Shown here one piece after another: positions 33,809-48,151 of a DNA stretch of 48,151 nt (position 1 is the stretch's first letter; each line of letters begins with the position of its first letter). This stretch comes from Veleropilina oligotropha (Eukaryota), in assembly GCA_048128005.1 (NCBI GenBank), contig JBEUKZ010000098.1, forward strand, positions 186,001-234,151, read 5' to 3'. The notes beneath the pieces were generated by a model. That model saw only the letters and a list, made by a program, of their open reading frames with translations. It was not told the origin of the DNA and ran no database searches. The position numbers were made by a program, and so were the translations under genes.

Positions 33809-36800
33809 ATCCTTTCCTTTCCTTTCATAAATATCACACGCAAATATAATTGGATCTTAGGTCAACATGACATAGAAATGGATCAAAGAAATATGACATT
33901 CACATAATGAAGCACTGTAAAGGATGCACAACTATATGCCCCCAAACAATCTACCGCACAGATGAAACCTTATATTGATATAATTATGGTCAACACTACG
34001 ATATGTTCAATATTGTCAGATGTGAGGACAGCAGTCGATACAGGTGTAATTATTATTAAATCAGGATATCTATTTTCCATACAGAAGACGAGTCGTGAAT
34101 AGCGATTGTCACGAAACATTGAGGTATACGTCTGTAATTGATTATCTGCGAGATGAGGATGAAACTGCTGCATCGTTTCCATGGTAACAGCTGTCATATA
34201 GAAATTAGTAATCTTACACAAACGATTAAATCCCTCACTTTGTTTGCCTAGTTTATACAATGTATAAGCTAATATCAAAGTGTCGATTGATTTTTTAATA
34301 ACTATGCCCCATATCCATGCAGCATTTGGCAAATTCTCCATTAGCATCAATTAGCACGGTACAATAGTCGGTGTTTGAATACCATTTGTTGATGAGCTAT
34401 TCAAATGGCTAATCACCTTATAGAAGATAGGTCGACCATTGTCGCTGGTCCCATTGAGTTTGGACGAACAGGGATCAATTTATTGCGCAGTACAATGACT
34501 CCGGCGGAGACACAGTAATATCTGCACATCGCTGGCCATTGGGTGACAAGCACATGCTGCTGTGGCATATATAGAAGATGAACTTATTTAAATTATTAAT
34601 ATATTAATATATTGATTAATATTATTATTAATGTGTTGTTATTTACAGTGGCGTAGGAAAATGTTTGACATTGGGGGGCACCATCCTACGCCTATGATTT
34701 ATGAAGACTGTGCATAAAATAATGATATGTGATGAAATCTAAAACCAAAATTTAGAAGATTTGCTGTAAAAATTATTGCAAAGTGAGATTGACAACTGTT
34801 AACTAATTGTCTGCCATGGATTGTAGGGGCCAGTGTAGGGACCTACCTGGAAATAGGTTCATTGTCCACTCTCAGCATGCAATAGGGGTCACTGGAACCA
34901 GTTCTAAAAAACAATGGATAATTATCATTACTACTGAAATTAAAGCTGCAAAGCAGCTGTAGAGGGCTTTAAGCTGATTGCGTCCTATAACCCGCAGCCA
35001 TATTGTCAATGTTCTAAGACGTTTAAGGTGAAGCAAGAAGACAGAGCCATCAATATCCCCCGAAATGGTAGATTATGCTTTAAAATCCAACATGGAGGCC
35101 ACAGCGGCCATCTTGGAGATCGGACCACACCCCATAATCTCTAGGCGTCGTGTCACAAATTTAATTTTTATTTGAATTTTTTTTTAAATTTAATTTAATA
35201 AAATATACACATATGGCCACTCTGAATCGAATGCCGCAAATTTCATGTCTGTACGCCCCGTAGGTCTCGAGCTCTGGCCCTTTTAAGGAAAATATGGTGG
35301 CTATTTTGTTTTTTCCCCCTTATTTTTTTATAATCGTAATTTAAAATATCTAAGCTCTAGCATCAATATTACCACAGTTGGTCATTTCCTGGCCCTTTTC
35401 TGGCAAACATGTCTTTTCTCCTGCAATGTAGGTCAACTGAGGTCAAAGGCCAAGTTCACATGTGAAAGATCCACCATGACTTCCCATAGGCTCCCCATAG
35501 TAACCATGTGTCCGCAGTGCATCATTTTTTATATATTGCCACTTGTAACAAATGCTTTAATGGCCGCCGAGGCACTTCCTGTTTTTCAATTTTATCTGGT
35601 AAATGTCGACTACACACGTCAATAGTTCACTTTATCCACAATAGGCACATGCACATATATGCATTTTTCCTTAATTCGGTCATTTAGAGCGATGTAGGTC
35701 ATCTGAGGTCAAAGGTCATGGTGGCATTTGAAAGCCCAACCATGACTTCTCATAGGCTCCCCATACTCCCATAGTGACCATGTGTCTACGTTGCATCATT
35801 TTCAAGATAGCCACTTTAAAAAAAATTATAATTTTAAATGCTACTGGAGTGGTTTGTTTATGTTGTCATCTTGCATATCGTAGTTTCCATGGGCTATGCC
35901 GGAAAATCAAGCAGGTCGACCTGCGCTCATTTTTTTAGTAAATCGTCCCCTAATGTAGGCAAAACTTCAGAGAATAAATCAAATGTCTATCAATCTTGGT
36001 TAACATTCTATTCAAGTTAAGGCTACTAGTATATGATAGAATATAGTAAAGTTAATGGTGGGCTATGGCCAGATGGCATTTCCCAATCTATTTATACCAC
36101 AAATCTAAGCCAATGAAACGGAGAACCGAACCCTATCCGAAAATCTTCATTGCTTTCCGTTCGAGTTTATTTATGAAGGCGGCCAAGTAGACTGTGACAA
36201 AAACGCAAGCTAAAATGTGTTTATTGTCACTTTATCAGATATTTACAATGTAATATTTTACTATTAAAGTATCACTAATGTTAGACAGCGTAGACATGGA
36301 AAATTGATAAAATGCGCAAATCCACCAAAGATCGACTAGGCCCATACGCGATTACATGCCGTCTACGAGACCAAAAATAGCTCGATTACGATATATATAC
36401 TGTATATATATGAAATATTACTATGTCAATATAAAAAACCTTTAGGTTTGGTAATTTATTATATTAAAACAATAAGTAAAATCGAAATGTGTACATTTTA
36501 ATTTTTTATAAATAATTGATAAAGGACATTTATTAGCCATTCATTTCAAACTAACAAAGAGTTTCAGACTAGTGTAAACAAAGATATGCATATTAATTGT
36601 ATCTTGTACATTCATATTTATATAATTATTTCCAATAATATATATTTTATATATATAATAATTATATATATATTTATTTTCATTATGACTATAATTATAT
36701 TCAATTTATATAATTTTGATAAGCATGAATTATATGATTGTCAAAATATTCATTTCTATTTTGTCTGTTAGATGAAAAGTTTGATTCCTATACTACCTAA

Positions 36801-37934
36801 ATTCAAGCACCACCCCCACTATACTCCATCCCATTCCTTGCTCAAACTAACATTCACCAGGCATGGTGCAATGCAGAAAACCGTTTAGTTGGGGAAAAGC
36901 AATACATCAACAAACTAACAAACAAGGAATTTTAATAAATAGATATATACCAAATTTAGAAAACATCAACATGGAGACTACTGATGCATTTGTTTATTTT
37001 TATTGTATACAAAGTACAATAATTAAATGAACAATACAAATACAGGAATAAGAAACCCTCCCCATGAAACAGAAATAAAAGATATATACACCTATTTTGC
37101 TTCTCCACAAATAATTCTCCATATAGTGGTGATGTCGACCCAGAGCGCAGGAGAGGCCATTTTACAAATTAAAATAAACTTTTCTTACGTTTAGGGGGCC
37201 CAACCCCACACGGACCATTGAGCGGTATAACATTTTAATGAAATTTGGCGTCCTTTACAAATTCCTGTTTTCATTTGTTATTATATACTGCCCATCGGCA
37301 AATTGGGTGCCCCTTTGGTAAAATTTCCACCCTTCCCCCTATTTTTTCTAGACAGGGGTCTGACACAGAAGTAAATAAACAGTTTAACACTTATTTCTCT
37401 CCCGTGGACTGAATATGATTTGAATGATAATTTCACCAAATGTGTCGCAAAAATTTCAATTGACCAGGGGATATATCGTATTAACAATGACGTTGACATT
37501 ATCGAGTACGCAGTAATCACTGATCAACGTCCTAGTACCAAAGTAGTCCCCCACAGCAAATGGTGACATTTACATCAATACAGACATCTGGTACATTAAA
37601 TGATGAACGCAAACAGCGACAATTAATATAATTGATTATCATTAATATGATGCCACATCCTGAATGTCAAAAGAAATAAAAAAAATCTTGCATCCAACAA
37701 CTACATTTATATTTTAGGACACAGTGAACACATTTTGCGCAATTTTAGAAATAATTAATAATCTCTACTTTTTCATCGTTCATAGCCTTCCGCTTCGATT
37801 TCTTTGTCATTCTAAGTGATCAATAAATGATCAATAATTTCATTCTTTTGATTATAACGGCAGGAACTATCATTATGATCGAGATCCTATTGCGAATGAA
37901 ATGCATTAATATTGGTTAGGTTGTAGCATAAGGG

Positions 37935-38150
37935 CCAGCCTCCGTGACATGAGGGGCTGCCTTTGAAGCATGCATGAGGGGCCACCTCCGTGACATCAGG
38001 GGTCACCTTCATGGCTTGAGGACTGCACCGTGACATGAGGGGCCACCTCTGTGAAATGTACATATGACTACATGAGGGGCTGATTCTGTGGAATGAGGGA
38101 CCAACTTCATGTCATATGAGGGCTGCCCGTGACATTCTGGCTTGAGGGCC
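37935..38150. repeat. Degenerate ~20-bp tandem repeat (GACATGAGGGGCCACCTCCGT-like)
   Basis: Recurrent TGAGGG...GTGACA motifs. Confidence 0.6.
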
Positions 38151-38769
38151 CAAAAATGCTGCCTCCATTGCACACAAAAACACATAACACACCAACAGTA
38201 ACTAAGACCTCAGCTGTTCATATTAAACCTGCAGACACCATTTATCTTGGACACTAAAAATCATTTAATATTACGTATATCCCCTGACAATTCTTGCGAG
38301 GTAATAAAATTTCCAGTTCATCATCAGCGCATGCATAATCAGCCTTTGCCAGCCACAGCAACCGAAGACTCGATCTACGCATTTCATTAATTTTTCATGG
38401 ACTTAGCAGAAACAAATTATGTTATGGTACTATTACTGGTCTTTTTCGTGTAATTGCGTTCCGACGTTCATATATTCGTCTAATAGTAGTATATTCCCCC
38501 TTTGCAGCTAATTAAGTAAACTACTGTACAGCAAAGACAGTTCCTAAATCAATAGTGAATAATTCATTGCCAGGGGAACTAGTCAACTAAATAAATACAT
38601 AAAAGATACCGGTAGATCTATATGTTGATAGTAAACATCAATATTGTAGGCTTTAAACTGGCTGCATCTGAAATGCTCTCTGAGCAATGATTGTGCAGTA
38701 TGTGGTAAGCAACAAATTGCACTGAAATTATCACAAATATACAGAGAGAAACATTAAAGGTATGCAGCG

Positions 38770-38919
38770 CTTAGATAATAAATAGTAAATATAAATTTAC
38801 TTACTTTGAAACAAAAAATTGCGAAACGATTACGACGTTTCGGTCCGTCTACATCGTAATCGTTTGGCAATTTTCTGTTTCAAAGTAAGTAAATCTATAT
38901 TTACTATTTATTATCTAAG
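38770..38919. repeat. 150-bp palindrome, probable Penelope-like pseudo-LTR relic
   Basis: Near-perfect ~65-bp arms. The centre CGACGTTTCGG is the reverse complement of CCGAAACGTCG, the 3' half of the hammerhead motif typical of Penelope pLTRs. Confidence 0.55.
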
Positions 38920-39039
38920 TGATTATTCTTGAAACCATGATCAATTTATTCCATAATGTTTGCAGTGCTGTTTTTACCATGTTTGGCTTAACTTGGATTG
39001 ATGCTTAATATTATAAGTTATCCTAACTCCTGGAGTCCG

Positions 39040-39982
39040 ATATTATAAGTTATCCTAACTCCTGGAGTCCGATATGGCTATTTACCCTCACAGTAAACGC
39101 TATGCCAGCCGAGCCGGAACGGCGAGGCTGGTATAGCGTTTACTGCGAGGGTAAATAGCCATATTGGACTCCAGGAGTTAGGATAACGTATTTATTTCAA
39201 CAATTCCTCCCAAAATTGTAATATATTCCATAGGTGAAATTGATTTTGCGATACCGAACATCGTTACAGATTTGAATAGTTTTTGGATTAGGACAATGGC
39301 GTGGGAAATTATAAATTGAAAATAATTTATTTAAATAACAGAATAACAAGTGTATAATTAACAAATAATTTTAGTAATACAAGTTAATTTATTTCGATAT
39401 AAATTTGGGAGTGACATCAGGCATGTTTACAATAGTGTTCGCTGCTGGTGGCAGCCAAGCGAGAATATGAATTCAAGTAACAAGTGTCAAAATTCAAAAT
39501 TACGTATGCGAATTGTCAATGGTGATGAATATGCAATGAGTTAATCATGCAGTTATTGAATATTAGAGACTGTGGGACTGTGTTTACTTGTTGAGGAGGG
39601 ACGTGTTCAAAGTCGTCAAACATAACTTGCATCGTGATTCCATGGACGTGAAAATCAGCTGTTTCGGTTGAAGCGATTGCGAATGCGTGACCCGATGTGG
39701 AATTTACAGGACAAAGAGGATTATCCTTACACTCGGACATAAACCTACCGGTAGGTTCAAGTTCGTTATCGGAACGGTGATTTTTGGTAAGTTCATCTTT
39801 GCATTTCTTTATTGATCGATTTGTTTTGAAAACAGCGCAGACGACAAAAATATATTCATCGGCTATTTCCGTAACTGCTCGGAGTCCTGTATGGGAGTCA
39901 GGTATGGAGATTTATCCTCACTGACGTCGAAAAACGCGTCTCGACCAATCGCTATTGAGAATGCGGGTATATGTTGAAATAA
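39040..39982. mobile_element. Second non-autonomous Crypton-like element (different family)
   Basis: 139-nt palindrome at 39049-39187, then inverted repeat TTATTTCAACA (39192-39202) / TGTTGAAATAA (39972-39982). Same architecture as 14214-15521. Confidence 0.58.
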
Positions 39983-40134
39983 CCTGTTATAACAACCTTC
40001 AGGTTCATATCATATTGTAATTGTGGGGTCATGAATGCTTGCCCTCTCCGGCCAGCTATGGACAACTGTGACTGGTAACTGAACAATGAACACCATTGCC
40101 ATAACCGAGATTCGAACGCGAGGGAGGGAGGGAT

Positions 40135-40383
40135 GATGCTTAATATCCTGTATATTTACAACATCGAGGTTCAAGGCAGGACATGTCCGTGTTATCGCGG
40201 GAGGAAACCCCGGTCGCCCGGGTAAACCCGCCCTCTTCGGCCAGTCGCGGACAACTGTGATTCATAACTTGAACAAATGTCAATGCCTCAGCCAGGTATT
40301 GAACCCACTACTGTTCGCATTAGCGGAATCAAGTCAGTGAATTTAGAGTGGACACTCTTAACCACTGCGCTGCCGAAGCGGCC
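40135..40383 (-). mobile_element. tRNA-derived SINE copy (best-preserved head)
   Basis: Minus strand reads GGCCGCTTCGGCAGCGCAGTGGTTAAGAGTG... (A-box-like), GTGGGTTCAATACC (B-box-like), then the core shared with 3803-4056. Confidence 0.75.
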
Positions 40384-41503
40384 TCAGGTTCGATCGCTCT
40401 CCTGGTAGATAGCAGTCAAGCCAGTGAATTTGAAGTCTGTACTCTTGTCCACTCAGCTACTTGAGCAGTCGATTTTTCCAAGAACGATCTATCTGTCCAT
40501 TCAATCTTTCCAATACCATGACATACAAACTACTCACTGGATTTGCAGACCAGCAATAGGCTCATTTGAGTGGAAGGTTTTGTTGAGTACGTAAAAATTA
40601 TTAATTCGGACATTTTTGTTTGATTGCTCGTGAAACACAATTTTCAATCAGTGGGAGATACTTTGTCTAATACTTTTTTTTTGTTTTTTTGCTAATATAT
40701 GCAGCGCCCATCTCCATACTCGATGGACATTACCACTCGAATGGGTCCAAAAACAAGAAACGTTTACGGACCTCATATCCTGAAGGATTGGCTCATCTGG
40801 ATTTCAGCAAGTTGGGCTAATTTACAATTAAATAAATCATGGTAGCTGCTTCTTTGTTATACTTATAATATTTACAGTCAATAAAAGCATATTTACCGGT
40901 ACTGACTATGAAATGATTGAAAGTAAGCAACGATTACGATTCCAAATACACATACGTACAGAAGTCTATACACACACTGGATGTCGTCACACAACTTACT
41001 ATTATTTAATGTCTATTTTAAAAAAGCATATGGCGTTCACCTACAGTTCGTATTTCAGTATATATTTCAAAGGAAAATGAACTAGGTGTGTTTGCACAGG
41101 TAGACTCTGGCTTCGAAGAAATACAACTTAAAGGAAACCTGCGAGAATCTAGGTCGCATAAAATGACAGCTGTTGAATCTTGATTGATACAGTAACTGTA
41201 GTTACCTACAGAATGCCTTATCCACCTGTAGCATGTCTTCTCCAAATGTGCAGATAAACTGTGGATAGTAGATAATGGTGATATAAACATAATTGCCCTA
41301 TATTGCAGTTCAATTTGTTACATTAATTTCAAATGTTAAAATGTATATTGATTCCTATACAGTTCAAATATTAATAAATGTTCACAATAAATCTTCAAAA
41401 AATGATTTACATTTCAACATATTGGTTCATAATAAGCGTTATTATGTATGCATTAACAGCCAATACATTATGATAGATCAAAGTGAGTTAACTCTTAAAT
41501 ATT

Positions 41504-42294
41504 ACACTAGAGCTATCACAGGAGTGATTGCATATGCCCCCACGAAAGCATTTGACCCAGGAACAGGCTGTTGCATACACACATGGAGGTTCATGTCCCT
41601 CAGTCAAATATTATGGGAGATATCATATGGAGCTGAGGGGAATTTTAGACTGAATGCGGTCAAGTGTGAAAAGTAGGTCGCAGTGACCTACTTTCATTAC
41701 GCGACATACCATTCAGTTATGATGCATACACATATGAAGTTTCATGTCCCTCGGTCAAATAGTATAGGCGATATGGAGCGAAAGGGAATTTTGGACCAAA
41801 TGTGGTCGAGCGTGAAAAGTAGGTCGTGGTGACCTACTTTTGGTATGCGACACACCTTTGGATTACGACACATAAACACATCAAGTTACGTGTACCTCGG
41901 TCAAATAGTATGGAAGATATGGACCGGAAGGGAATTTTGGACCAAATGCGGTGAAGTCCGAAAAGTAGGTCGCAGTGACCTACTTTCGGTACGCGACACA
42001 CTTTTGGGTTATGACGCATACACACAGCAAGTTTCGTGTCCCTCAGTCAAGTAGTGTCAAAGATATGGAGCGGAAGGGAATTTTGGATTAAGTGCAGTCA
42101 AGCATGAAAAGTAGGTCGTGGTGACCTACTTTCAGTACGCAACACACCTTTGGGTTATGACGCATGCACACACCAAGTTTCGTGTCCCTCGGTCAAATAA
42201 TGTCCAAGATATGGAGCGGAAGGGAATTTGCAACAGACCGACGAACAAGCAGACTCCTATATGTCCCCCTAAACTTCGTTTGTGGGGGGCATAA
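41504..42294 (+). mobile_element. Helentron-type non-autonomous element with internal 146-bp tandem array
   Basis: Starts ACACTAGAGC, has subterminal IR TATGCCCCC / GGGGGCATA, a GACA-like short repeat and a 3' hairpin. The motif AAAAGTAGGTCG..GTGACCTACTTT recurs at 41669, 41815, 41961 and 42107. Confidence 0.78.
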
Positions 42295-43934
42295 TCAAGA
42301 CGATAAATAATAGTAGACGAGATATCATATATAGTCTCTCAAAATCATATATGCACCCTAGATTTGGTAGCAAATTTTAAGCTAGGTTAAACTGCGGCAA
42401 AATCAAAATATACCGAACATAATTAACGGTATAGGTTCAGGTGAGTTAACATACTGAATAAAATTAAGCTGGCATATGTAGTGTCTGAGGCAAATGCTCC
42501 TGAAACCACCCACATGGCTTGGGCGATGACATTATAACCACCTCGTTTACTACAGCAACGCATCATGCGAGGCAGATAAAAATGCATCAATAGCCAATGT
42601 AATAATGCAAGCTTTATTGCTTTTACATTCGTGTGTACGCCTATGCAATCATGAATGAAACCCAAGACATGAGACATACGAAACTGTTGCCGTTTTATGA
42701 CTGTTTTCATAAAAGATCACTAAATGGTTCTATTGATTGCCTGATAATGGATTATAAAAGTGTTAATCCCTTAATATCTGCTTTTATCACAGCCAGGTGT
42801 ACCAGGAAGTTGAAATCTATTGATCTTTCACTTTCGGAAATGCATCCTGTAACGCACTACAGCAGTTTATTTAAGCAAATATAAACCAGGTTGGAACAAG
42901 TTTGTTTTTACTCGTCATGTCAATAAAATATTTTTGAGAAATTTATAATGGGTAAAAATGATAGCGAGTCAGAAGTCAGTGATATGGGGTTTTAGTGATA
43001 AAACACAGGTATGATATAATGGTTTGTTTAATCTTCATGTGTCACACAACTTTAACCATATTAATGACTTTAATATGCTAATACCTCAATAAAATATGTA
43101 CGCCTGTAATGTATTAATTTTGTGCATTCAATATTTATGTAAACATTTGCTAATTAATGGCTTACAAAATCATGATGATATATATTGATTTAATAATATT
43201 AATTCATTATAATGTAAATATTACCCCCATTAGATATGGTCTGATCTGATAACATAGTTAACTGTCAGAGTTGCAGATTTTAAATTGTTATCAGTAATTT
43301 AAGTTATGAAATTTCCTTTCTGGTTATTAATCAATTTTATAATTCAGCACAGCACCACTTGTACTCAAATTCAGAGATTCATGGCATGTTACATAATTTA
43401 GTTGAATTGAGATGCATTTCATCGATATCATTTGCATATTACCACATAATGAACTGTTATAACTACGTATATTTCACTCATATCACACTATGCAGTCAAG
43501 CTTTGGGTGAGTTCAAATGAAGCTAATGTTATCTGACTATTCAAGTTGAATGACTACTGTATTTTAACAAAACGATAGCATTGAACAAAAAGAGAAAATT
43601 TGTTGATTGAAACAACATGAGTGCCAGTTAACACTTTAGTCACTGACTTTTCTAGAGTCGATATTTGTAGATTGATGTACACCATACATGACAGTTATTT
43701 GGTGGTGTTTTTTACTTATGAAAACTACATAAAACTATATATTTTCTGAAAGGAAATTGGATAATCTTTCTGAAAATCTAACAATTGAAGTCATATCTAT
43801 GATATTTGATAATTAAAAATAACATAAACAAATAATAATATTTTGAATATAAATGAAAATTTATTAGAATATGCAAATGAGTTATCAAAAATACATATAG
43901 CTGGCATCATAATCAAGAAGTCAAACTGATACAT

Positions 43935-44355
43935 GCATCTTCTTTTCATCACACCGAAGACCATGTCAATAATGTTGCGTGTTCATTTTTGGTCAGTATT
44001 GTACATCGTCTTTCTTCACCAGTAGATATAATAGTCATAGTACAGCCGTGAGAAGAAACTTTTAACATGTACATCCATTTTCATCAGCAGGATGCGTTGT
44101 AACTCTCCAAGCATCTAGAGTCTCTGGAGGTCCTAGTCTGAAACTTGCAACTGTCATGAGTAGAATGTTTCCAGGAAACAACAACATTCCAGATTACTAC
44201 TCTTTTCATCACACACCATCTGAACATTAAGGGAGCAGAGACCCTAATTTGGACTCATATAAATGGCAGCATATACTGCATGAGCACTCGTGTTGGACAA
44301 GAAATCATGATGTGTGTACCATTTTTGCACCTTGTTATACCTGGAAATCCACTCA
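43935..44355 (-). pseudogene. Decayed PIF/Harbinger (HARBI1-like) DDE transposase fragment
   Basis: Minus-strand pieces SGFPGITRCKNGTHIMISCP, SLNVQMVCDEK, IWNVVVSWKHSTHDS and YNTDQK*TRNIIDMVFGVMKRRC occur in the order of Harbinger motifs GFP..G.IDGTH, SINVQ.VCD, WPGS.HDS and YN..H..TR..IE..FG.LK.RF. Contains frameshifts and stops. Confidence 0.82.
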
Positions 44356-46296
44356 TATGGTGGAAATGTTCTTCTATTGCATAGGGCATAGTGATGTAGA
44401 GTTGTTTCAAGATGCTGTCCCTTCGAGTACCACAGGCTGAGCAACTGGGGGCTTGCGCATTTATGTAGTTTAATTGCCCTTTGCTTCTAACTCAGGACAA
44501 TCATTCTACTGAATTATCTGTTGTTATAAATTCTGAAAAGTCCATTTTAGATTTTTCGTATACGAGTATATATATATACAGCCTTTATAGACATGGGTCA
44601 GGTTGCGTCTAAAATTTTCATGATTTTTCATCTAACTTTATAGGCTCTGCTTGGTGAAATGAAAACATGTTTAGACCGAGTCTACAATCACCGAAAACTG
44701 TGTCTAGCTAGATCCAACTTGGAAGACTTAGACCTTGCTGGTGAAACATATTTTTAATTTAGACATAGTCTAAAATATTTTGAACTGCGTGTAAATATTG
44801 GACTTGCTTGGTGACCGAAATTGGTTGCATGTATTTATCAACCGTGTCAAGTCTTATATCCTAGTTTATACTATTCCACTCTAGTCTCAGGACTCAGGAA
44901 TATAGAGATAACATCAACATTTTTCAGTGTCTCCATTGCACACATAGTTAATTTATTTCACTATTCAAAGTTGATTGACCCAATATAATGATATAAGACC
45001 ACTGGGCAATGAAATGAGGCTATCACAATATGTAAACAATGTTTCATTCACAAACAGGTCAGTACTGATTCTTATCTATACAGGTATATATATATAACAA
45101 ACAAATACAAGTTGCATGAATTGATACAATAACATGAGCAATTGCATTGAGAGAATAGCTAAAGCATAAAAGGATTCCAGAAATAAATTTTAATAATTGT
45201 ATTTCTCTGATATCTGTATCACAATCATGTCTTCATTGTCATGCTTTAGCGATATGGCGCTCACTTAGGTCGTGCTTCAACTGATCAAGCCAATGAGACG
45301 TTGCTAGTATGTATTTAGCATATTCTGTAATAATTATATGTCATTATTTCAAACCAGTCTGGCTTATTTAAAACCAGTCTGGTTTATCTTAATATGGTGA
45401 CAGGTATTAAAATATGTTAAATGACCATGCCACCAATTATCCAGTATTAATTATACTGTGTCAATCAAATAAATGATAAAATAACTATGTTACTTTACAT
45501 TAGATTGTTAGAGACGACGTACGACATGAAAATAATTCCGGGGGGGGGGGGGACTCAGGTCTCGGGTTCTGTGCTTTAGGTAATAATAGGTTATGCCACG
45601 AGGGTTTGTTGTCTTAAATCGGAAAAGTCTGCATTTAAACCAGGGAAAAGATCAATTAATACGTGAAAAATAATTATTTCATAACAATGAAATGAAATTC
45701 CACAAGTCACAAGGTGAAATTATTTACTTTAATTACATGCATTAAGAACAACATTAACGATTACAGCAACATTTATCCTGTGCAGTCAGCATCCATAATC
45801 ATGTCGTTTCTACAACATCCATCACAGCCTGATGAGCACCTTATGCAGTGATCAAGATCATTACATGATCAATACTGATAGCTGTGCAGTCGTAAAGTCG
45901 AGCTAAGTCGTCATCATTTCTGCCCACGCAATTCAGAAATTTTGTTTCAGACAAAAAATAACTGAAGCCTTAAGGTAGTTTGCTACAGCGGTCAATTATT
46001 GCTGGACTGTTGAGTTTCACCAGACAATCTAAGCTTATATATCTTCCATGATTATGTCACCGTTTAGGAAATGTAATTTTAATTATAACTTTTTAATACA
46101 TGTTCTCAAATGTTTTAATGTAATAATATATATTATTTACCCTCTCAGTTAACATTCATTTAGCATCTTGTAAAATATCAAGGCTCAGACATGTCAAATA
46201 TGTTCACGTGTACCTTATCAGACCTGTCAACATTTGAAAATGTCAAAGGAGACATTTTTCTCAAGACATGCTGATACATGTATATCAAATTGATTG

Positions 46297-48151
<1,855 letters not shown>

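Noticed and set aside
40290..40383. tRNA gene
   Set aside because: A/B-box-like motifs are present, but I could not fold a cloverleaf and the sequence continues into a repeated SINE body.
40705..40810. Possible plus-strand exon after a T-rich tract and CAG
   Set aside because: No recognisable protein similarity, a weak donor and no partner exons.
45828..45850. CTGATGAG hammerhead motif
   Set aside because: No downstream stem II/GAAA.

Overview
AT-rich eukaryotic (probably marine invertebrate) genomic DNA. The only host gene I can support is four minus-strand exons (444-3446) encoding the tandem C2 domains of a GAP1-family RasGAP (RASAL1/RASA4-like). Its upstream exons were not found, so most of the window is probably a very large intron or upstream region. 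The rest is dominated by transposons. There are two ~7.4 kb DIRS1-like tyrosine-recombinase retrotransposons on the minus strand: copy A (5556-12911) with decayed ORFs and copy B (25956-33397), which is near-intact. Both have inverted terminal repeats (ITRs) and an internal complementary region (ICR). Copy A lies inside a five-level TE nest (MITE > Kolobok > MULE-like > DIRS and P-like > hAT-like MITE and Crypton-like). Also present are Helitron/Helentron-type elements, tRNA-derived SINEs, a LINE fragment, Harbinger and Tc1 transposase relics, a Penelope-type palindrome and simple repeats. The most interesting inference concerns the DIRS gag stop: neither pol nor the YR frame has a usable 5' AUG, and gag ends at a conserved CCC-UAG-G site where +1 slippage would enter pol and readthrough would enter the 994-codon YR frame, a possible three-way recoding switch. 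Also notable are a 5' leader with compensatory-pair hairpins and a putative intron, a highly conserved non-coding block beside the ICR, and signs that copy A was mobilised in trans. All similarity calls are from motif recognition and by-eye comparison, not database searches.
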